This document shows, piece after piece, positions 57,927 to 64,000 of a DNA stretch of 64,000 bases; the first letter of the stretch is position 1, and every line of letters begins with the position of its first letter. The stretch spans positions 586,152 through 650,151 of the forward strand of contig CAWFOP010000022.1 of the NCBI GenBank assembly GCA_963817465.1, given 5' to 3'. The notes below the pieces were generated by a model, which saw only the letters and a list, made by a program, of their open reading frames with translations, was not told the DNA's origin and searched no databases. This stretch comes from an uncultured Acidobacteriota bacterium (GTDB lineage Bacteria > Acidobacteriota > Terriglobia > Bryobacterales > UBA6623). The position numbers were made by a program, and so were the translations under genes.

Positions 57927-58016
57927 TGGCGCCCGGGGTGGGGACTTGAACCCACACTCCCGTTGCCGGGCAAGGGATTTTAAGACCCCGGGTTCCGCTC
58001 CGCTGCACCTCGGGGC
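57927..58016 (-). tRNA. tRNA-Leu(UAA)-like class II tRNA gene with imperfect acceptor, D and T stems
   Basis: The minus strand reads GCCCCGAGGTGCAGCGGAGCGGAACCCGGGGTCTTAAAATCCCTTGCCCGGCAACGGGAGTGTGGGTTCAAGTCCCCACCCCGGGCGCCA. It has a CTTAAAA anticodon loop, a long variable arm CCCG-GCAA-CGGG, a GGGTTCAAGTCCC T-arm and a 3' CCA. The 5' acceptor strand and one C in the T stem do not pair cleanly. Confidence 0.6.
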
Positions 58017-58184
58017 TATCAATTGCTTCGTCCTCCGGACGCGGGCCGCGCCGGCGTTTTCACACAGACTCGTCAGTAAGCGGTTTGTCACCAACATCGT
58101 CGGTTGCTCGAAAAGACCCCTCCTCACGGTCAGGGCTTCGCGGTTGTTGTTTTGGGCGAATCGGGAAATCCGCGATGTCAGTCG

Positions 58185-61100
58185 TTAAGCTGCGGCTTGG
58201 CGCGCCCCGGCGCGCAACTTCTCGCGCACTTCCGCCTTGGCGCGTTCAATCGACTCCGCCTTGATCGACTCGTACCCGCGGATGGCCTCGGGAGCGCGGG
58301 CGATCTCGACCGCCATCTCGGCGGTCTCCGGGCTGAGCGAGGGCAGCAGCTGTTCGATCGTCGCCCGATACCACGCGATGAGCTCGCGCTCCTGTCGGCG
58401 CGCCGGCAACCAGCCGAAGGGGTCGAAGGGCGTGCCGCGCAGGCCCCGCAACTTCGCGAGGAGTCGGAAGGCCGGCTTGAGCGATGAGTCGAAGCCGATC
58501 TTGCGCTTGAAGCCGAAACGGCGCAGCAACGGCGGGTGCAGGTGGTAGACGATGCGCCGCGGAGCGGCGAACGTCGCGGCGGCTTGGCGCTCGATGTCGC
58601 CGTTCGTCAGCAGGCGAGCGACCTCGTACTCGTCCTTGTAGGCCATGAGCTTGTACAGGTTGCGGGCCACGGCTTCGGTCAGCGCGGCGGAACCTTTTAT
58701 TCGCGCCTGCTCGGCTTCGCGAACGGTTCCGATGAAGGCGCGATAGCGTTCCGCATAAGTCGCGCTTTGGTAGGCGACCAGGTCGGCCACGCGGCTCTCG
58801 ATCAGCGCGTCGAGAGTCGGCGGCTTGGCCGGCTCGGCGCCGCCCGAGGCCAGGCGCATCACTCCCGCCGGATCGGCGGCGTAAGCGCGGCCCCAGCGGA
58901 ACGCGCGGATATTGGCGTCGACAGCGACTCCGTTGAGCCGCAAAGCTTGTTCGAGAGCTTCGGCCGCGATGGGGATTCTTCCCGCTTGATACGCGACGCC
59001 AAGCAAGAAAACGTTGGCGAAGACGTGGCCGCCGAACAACGACTCCGCCAGCTCGGAGGCGTCGACAAACAGGGCCTCGGCGGTCGACTGCCGCAGCAGG
59101 TCGGCCCAGTGGGACTCGCCTGAGATGACGGTCAGGCCGGCCCGCGTTTCGGGGCCGGTCGGGATGTGCGCGCTGTTCACGACGGCGGCCGTTCGCGACG
59201 GAGTCGGCGCAGCGCAGATTCCCCTTGGCCGCCGCGCCCATCAGGTCAAACGCGAGAATCAGATCCGCCTGCCCCGACTCGATGCGGTTGGAATGCTCGA
59301 ACGGCTCGTTCGAGACGGCGAGATGCGAGACGACCGCACCGCCCTTCTGAGCCAGCCCGGTCTGATCAAGCGTCAGCGCATGCTTGCCGTCGAGCAGCGC
59401 GGCTGTTGCGAGCACGGCGTTGACCGTGACGACGCCGGTGCCGCCGACGCCGGGCATCAGGATGCGGTACGGGCCGTCGAGGGCCGGGCGCTCAGGCTCG
59501 GGGACCTCCGGCGGAGTCTTCGGCGCCGTCGCGGTTTTCGGCTCGAGGCCGCTGCCCTCCTCGATGTAGACCGAGACGAACGACGGGCAATCCCCCATCA
59601 GGCACGTGTAATCGGCGTTGCAGGAAGACTGGTGGATGCGAGTCTTCGGCCCGTATTCGGTGTCGACCGCCTGCAGCGAGACGCAGTTCGACTGCGTGAC
59701 GCAGTCGCCGCAGCCTTCGCAGACGCGCTCGTTGATCATGAGCCGCCGGACCGGCTTGGGCATCTTGCCGCGGTTGCGGCGGCGGCGCTTCTCGGCGGCG
59801 CACATCTGGTCGTAGATCAAGACGCTGGCGCCTTGAACCTTCTCGATTTCGCCGAGAACGCTCTCGAGATCCTCCCGATGCCGGACGGTAGCGATCTTGG
59901 CCAGGTCGTCGATGTCGTCGTATTTGTCGAAATCGTCGGTGAGGATGACGATGCGCTTGGCGCCGTCGGCTTCGAGCTCGCGCGTCAGCGCCGGAATTCC
60001 GACCCCGCCCGTCGCCTCTTGTCCGCCGGTCATGGCGACGGCGGCGTTGTAGAGAATCTTGAACGTCACGTTGACGCCCGCGGCGACGGCGGCGTTGAAG
60101 GCCATGCGTCCTGAGTGGAAGTACGTCCCGTCGCCGATGTTTTGGAAGATGTGGCGCCGCTCGGTGAACGGGGCGATGCCGATCCAGTGCGCGCCTTCCG
60201 AGCCCATGTGGCCGAGGTATTCGATGCCGCGATGAGCGTCGCCCAGAGCCGCGCCCATGGCATGACAGCCGATGCCGCCGCCGGCGACCTGGCCGTCGAG
60301 CAACAGCGTCGAGCGGTTGTGCGGGCAGCCCGAACAGTAGCTCGGGAAACGCGGCGGGGGCGTGTGGACGGCGCCGTTGGTCGCGAAGCGCCGCTCAACG
60401 GACCGGATGCTCTCGACGCGCGCACAGACGCTCGCGGACTCGCCGAGCCACGGCGCCAACGTCTTGGCGATCAGATCGGCATGCAACTCGCCGTCGGCGG
60501 GCAACAAGGGCTCGCCGTCCGGCCCGGTCTTGCCATATACGGCGGGCCGCCGCTCGCGGTTGAACAGCATCTCGCGCAATTGCAACTCGATGAAGCTGCG
60601 TTTCTCTTCGACGACGATGACTTGGTCGAGCCCGTCGATGAACTCGTCGATGATGCGCGGCTCGAGCGGATGCACCATGCCGAGCTGGAGCACGCGGATT
60701 CCGGCCGCGTGGAGCGCTCGCTCGTCGAGTCCGCAGTCGGCCAAAGCGCTGCGCAGGTCGAGGTAAGCCTTGCCCGCCGAGATCAGGCCAATCCGGTCGC
60801 GCTCGCCGCGGACGACGATGCGGTTGAGGCCGTTGGCGTAGGCGAATCGCCGCGCGGCTTCGAGGCGGGCGCCGAGCATCTCACGCTCCAGCTCGAGTGA
60901 GCGCGGAGCGAGCAGCATGGCGCTCGCTTGCTTTTGATACGGCTTGCCGTCAATCAGAAACTCCGGCTCGACGACCTTGCAGCGGTCCGGCGACAGCTCG
61001 ACCACTCCGCCGCCGTCGCACACGTCGGTGGCAAGCTTCATCGCCGCCCACGCGCCGCAATAGCGCGACAACGCAATGCCGTAGAGGCCGAAGTCGAGCA

Positions 61101-61632
61101 CATCTTGCGTCGAAGCCGCCGTGAGGATCGGCATCCCGAGGTTGTAGAGCGACAGCTCGCTCTGGTGCGGGATCGTCGAGCTTTTGGAGATGTGGTCGTC
61201 GCCCGCCAGCGCCAACGCGCCGCTGTTCTTGCCGGTGCCGGCCAGGTTGGCGTGGCGCAGCGCGTCGCCCGAGCGGTCGACGCCGGGACCCTTGCCGTAC
61301 CAGATGCCGACCACGCCGTCGACCTTCGGCGCGCCGAGCAGGTCGAAGAACTGGCTGCCCATCACCGAAGCCGCGGCGAGGTCTTCATTGACGCCGGGCA
61401 CGAACACGACGTTGTGCGCGGCGAGCTGCGGCGCGATTTGCTGCAGCGCCAGGTCGTAGCCGCCGAGCGGCGAGCCTTCATAGCCGGAGATGAAGCAGCC
61501 CGTCGACAGGCCCGCCCGCCGGTCGCGCCGCATCTGCTCGAGGGGCAAGCGCACGAGGGCCTGGATGCCGCTCATATAGGCGGATCCGCGCTCCAGCTCG
61601 TACTTATCGGCTAACGAATAGTCGGGCCGCAT
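58185..61632 (-). pseudogene. indolepyruvate:ferredoxin oxidoreductase family protein (fused IorA/IorB type), one +1 frame break
   Basis: ~1,149 aa. N-terminal YMSGIQALVRLPL..., TPP site GDGTYFHSG, ferredoxin-like Cys clusters (CEGCGDC, CLMGDCP). The C-terminal part (VVNSAHIPTGPE...YKDEYEVARL...) is in the +1 frame. Junction near 59190-59196. Length is 3n+1. Confidence 0.88.
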
Positions 61633-61647
61633 CCCCGGCTAATCGTA

Positions 61648-62436
61648 TCAGTCATCGAGCCCGGCGTTGGCGCGGATGATCCGCACGGTTTCCTGGTCGA
61701 ACTGGTTCACGGCGTCCTCGACGCGGGCCAGATCAAGACGCGCTTCGTCGAGCTCTTTGAGCACCTGGTTGCGCATCTCGACGACGAGATTGCGCCCGGC
61801 GAGGCGCGCTTCGCGAACCTCGGCCATCAACCGTGCGAGCGACGAGGCGCCGAGCGAGGCGATATCCGCGTTGAGCTCCCGCACGCGATACCGCAGCCAG
61901 GCGATCTGCTGGTTGACGCGGGCCACGCGAGAAGCGGGGTCGTGGCCCTGAGGCAGGCGCGGCGCGGCCTCCCAATGTTCGAGCAGCCATTGCAAACGGC
62001 GCTGGTCGCCGGCGCGGTAGGCGTGCGTCGCCTCGGCCATGAACTCGTGGCGGCGCTTGCGCTCTTCGTAGTCCTCGCCCAGGTCAGGGTGAATACGCCG
62101 GGCGAGCGCGCGAAACAACTTGCGCAACTCTTCCTCGGGTTTGAAGGCCGCTTGCGGATGCTCGTCGGGGACCGCCTTGGGTTCGACTCCGCCGCTGCGC
62201 GCCAGGTTGACCTGCTTCCAGGCCAAGCGGATCGTCTCGCGAATGCGCTCGAGCTCGTCGTAGCGGTCGCCCACCGCGGGCCGGAAGCGCTTCTCGAACT
62301 CGCGCTGCTCGTTTCGCATGCGAGCGTGCTCCGCCTCGAGCTGCTCAACGCGTTCCTCGAGCTCGCCCAAGACGGTCAACCGCCCCGCCAACGCCTTCGT
62401 AGGCGGCGGCTCATAGACTATGAGCGCCAAACTCAT
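61648..62436 (-). CDS. J-domain (DnaJ-like, HPD motif) coiled-coil protein
   Basis: Start at ATG 62436, ~10 nt after GAGGG. Central LFRALARRIHPDL...HEFMAEATHAYRAGD equals J-domain helices II-III. Coiled-coil-like segments on both sides. Confidence 0.7.
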   Translation of the reverse strand: MSLALIVYEPPPTKALAGRLTVLGELEERVEQLEAEHARMRNEQREFEKRFRPAVGDRYDELERIRETIRLAWKQVNLARSGGVEPKAVPDEHPQAAFKPEEELRKLFRALARRIHPDLGEDYEERKRRHEFMAEATHAYRAGDQRRLQWLLEHWEAAPRLPQGHDPASRVARVNQQIAWLRYRVRELNADIASLGASSLARLMAEVREARLAGRNLVVEMRNQVLKELDEARLDLARVEDAVNQFDQETVRIIRANAGLDD

Positions 62437-62539
62437 CGGGGAAGCCCTCAGTCTACGACGGCGAAGATCCGCGGCGCAGGGCCTTAGCATGCGGTTAGCC
62501 GGTCCGCGAGCTAAAGCTTCGCGGCTCCCTGCGGCTCCT

Positions 62540-64000
62540 CTAGTTTCGGAGCGGCTGGCCGGTCTTGAGGGTATGCTCGATGCGCTGCTGAGTTTTCTTT
62601 TCGCCCGCCAGGCTCAAGAAGGCCTCGCGCTCGAGGTTGAACATGTAGCGGCGCGAGACGAAGCTGGGCAACGACAGGTCGCCTCCCGCCAGCACGTGAG
62701 CGAGCTTGTCGCCAATCAGCTTGTCGTGATCGCTGCCGTACTCGGCTTGGCGCATCGTCCAAGCGCCCAATTCCAGGGCCGCTTTGACGCCGCGGCCTCC
62801 GACGAGGATCTCCTGGTCCTCGGGCGGCGTGTATTCCGCGGCGTGAAGCCCCAGAGCGGCGGCTTTGGCGTCGGCGAGCAGCCGGTCGCGATTCATCGTG
62901 ATTCCGTCCGAGTCGGATAGGTAGCGCCACTCGCGCGCCTCGGCGGCGCTGTTGGCCACCTTGGCCATTCCGATGCGCTCGAAGACGACATTCGAGGGAC
63001 GGGTGAGGTCCCCCTGCAAGTCACGTCCCGCCGTGGCGCGGTTGATCGACTCGGCGCAGCCGCCGGCCGCCGGGATCAGCCCCACGCCGACCTCGACCAG
63101 GCCGATGTAGGTTTCCGCCGCTGCCTGCACGTGGTCGCTGTAGAGCGCCATCTCGCACCCTCCGCCGAGCGTACGGCCATGGATCGCCGCGACCACGGGC
63201 TTTGACGACAGCCGCAGGCGGTTCATCAGGTCTTGCAGCAGCGCGACCGACCGGTCCAGCTCTTCCCAGCGACTTTCGAGCGCCATGCCGAGCACCATCT
63301 TGAGATTGGCGCCCATCGAGAAATGCGCGCCTTCGTTGCCGATGACCAACGCATCGAAGCGCGCCTCGGTCTGATCGATCGCCTTGCCCAGCATGTCGAA
63401 CACGTTCTGGTCGAGCGTGTTGGCCTTGGAGTGAAACTCGAGCAGCGCGACGCCGTCGCCGAGATCCCAGATGCTGGCCCCGGGGTTCGAATCCACCGGA
63501 GCTCCCTTGGCGCGAACGCGGTCGAGCTCGATGACGCCCGGCCGCGGCGGAATCGTTTTCTGGCCGCCCGACTCACGATCGAAATAAGTCGGCGTCGCCT
63601 GGTTGCGCACGTAGAAGGCTTGCGACGGCGATTCGAGCACGCGCTCGACCAACGGCGGCAGCGTCTTGCCGTCGCGCTGCATGCGCTCGGCGATTTCGCG
63701 CACGCCGAGCCGGTTCCAGATTTCGAAGATGCCGCGCTCCCAGTTGAATCCGGCCTTCATCACGGTGTCGATCGCGACGATGTCGTCGCAGACTTCCGGA
63801 ATGCGGTTGGCGGCGTAGAGGAACAGCTCGCTCAGCGTGTCCCAAGTGAAGCGCCCGGCGGCGTCTTCAGCGTGGATCAGCGTGCGGATGCGTTCGGCCA
63901 CCTCGGGCAGGCTCTTGGCTTCAAAGGCCGACGGCCAGGCCGGCTCTTTCGGCTCGCGGTATTCGAAGGAGTCGATGTCGAGCACGAGCTTGCCGCCCGG
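62540..64000 (-). CDS. 3-hydroxyacyl-CoA dehydrogenase / enoyl-CoA hydratase family protein (FadN-like), C-terminal part; 5' end beyond window
   Basis: Crotonase-fold region (LEFHSKANTLD, VAAIHGRTLGGGCEMAL, GLVEVGVGLIPAAGG), preceded by the HACD C-terminal domain. The frame remains open to the window edge. Confidence 0.85.
   Translation of the reverse strand, partial: PGGKLVLDIDSFEYREPKEPAWPSAFEAKSLPEVAERIRTLIHAEDAAGRFTWDTLSELFLYAANRIPEVCDDIVAIDTVMKAGFNWERGIFEIWNRLGVREIAERMQRDGKTLPPLVERVLESPSQAFYVRNQATPTYFDRESGGQKTIPPRPGVIELDRVRAKGAPVDSNPGASIWDLGDGVALLEFHSKANTLDQNVFDMLGKAIDQTEARFDALVIGNEGAHFSMGANLKMVLGMALESRWEELDRSVALLQDLMNRLRLSSKPVVAAIHGRTLGGGCEMALYSDHVQAAAETYIGLVEVGVGLIPAAGGCAESINRATAGRDLQGDLTRPSNVVFERIGMAKVANSAAEAREWRYLSDSDGITMNRDRLLADAKAAALGLHAAEYTPPEDQEILVGGRGVKAALELGAWTMRQAEYGSDHDKLIGDKLAHVLAGGDLSLPSFVSRRYMFNLEREAFLSLAGEKKTQQRIEHTLKTGQPLRN

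Noticed and set aside
57718-58184. An integrase, a mobile element or an att duplication next to the tRNA-like gene.
   Set aside because: No ORF with integrase or transposase motifs is present, and no direct repeat of the tRNA 3' end is visible within the window. Only compositional and gene-decay evidence exists.

Overview
High-GC (~65%) bacterial chromosomal window. It is probably Acidobacteriota, inferred from a CarboxypepD_reg-type TonB receptor and an acidobacterial-style VWA protein. No rRNA, CRISPR array, transposase or integrase was recognised. (1) 1-19.1 kb: the 3' end of a CFA-synthase-family methyltransferase is coupled to a CarH/LitR-like B12-binding MerR regulator. Two small hypothetical ORFs follow, then a complete, intact dcw cluster: mraZ-rsmH-ftsL-ftsI-murE-murF-mraY-murD-ftsW-murG-murC-ftsQ-ftsA-ftsZ, with no murB or ddl. 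GTGG-box repeats lie upstream of mraZ. (2) 19.2-40.6 kb: SDR, fused 2-oxoacid dehydrogenase E1 alpha/beta, histidine kinase plus OmpR regulator, SSF symporter, large TonB-dependent receptor, DUF4097 repeat lipoprotein, di-haem cytochrome c peroxidase, receiver-PP2C phosphatase, GGCT-like protein, sulfatase, ferrochelatase, class-V aminotransferase, thiC, BON protein and a lone HicB. Nine conserved genes across the window carry 13 single-base (+1) frame breaks; eight of these genes (12 breaks) lie in this block and the ninth is the IOR gene near 59.2 kb. This is either an assembly artefact or pseudogenisation. (3) 40.6-56.6 kb, all intact: dnaB, an AT-rich spacer with DnaA-box-like motifs, and rmuC. 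Next comes a five-gene minus-strand operon: ABC ATPase, GldF/GldG-like fusion, DUF4340, VWA, and a Tat-exported tandem acetoacetate-decarboxylase-fold protein. POT and MFS transporters and a penicillin-acylase-family hydrolase follow. (4) 56.6-58.2 kb: a ~52% GC islet with a CPBP protease, a decayed beta-propeller gene remnant and a tRNA-Leu(UAA)-like gene. (5) 58.2-64 kb: frameshifted indolepyruvate:ferredoxin oxidoreductase, a J-domain coiled-coil protein and a partial FadN-like gene. The least explained sequence-level signal is a ~57-72 nt GC-rich element present in inverted orientation on both sides of thiC, which lacks a recognisable TPP riboswitch.
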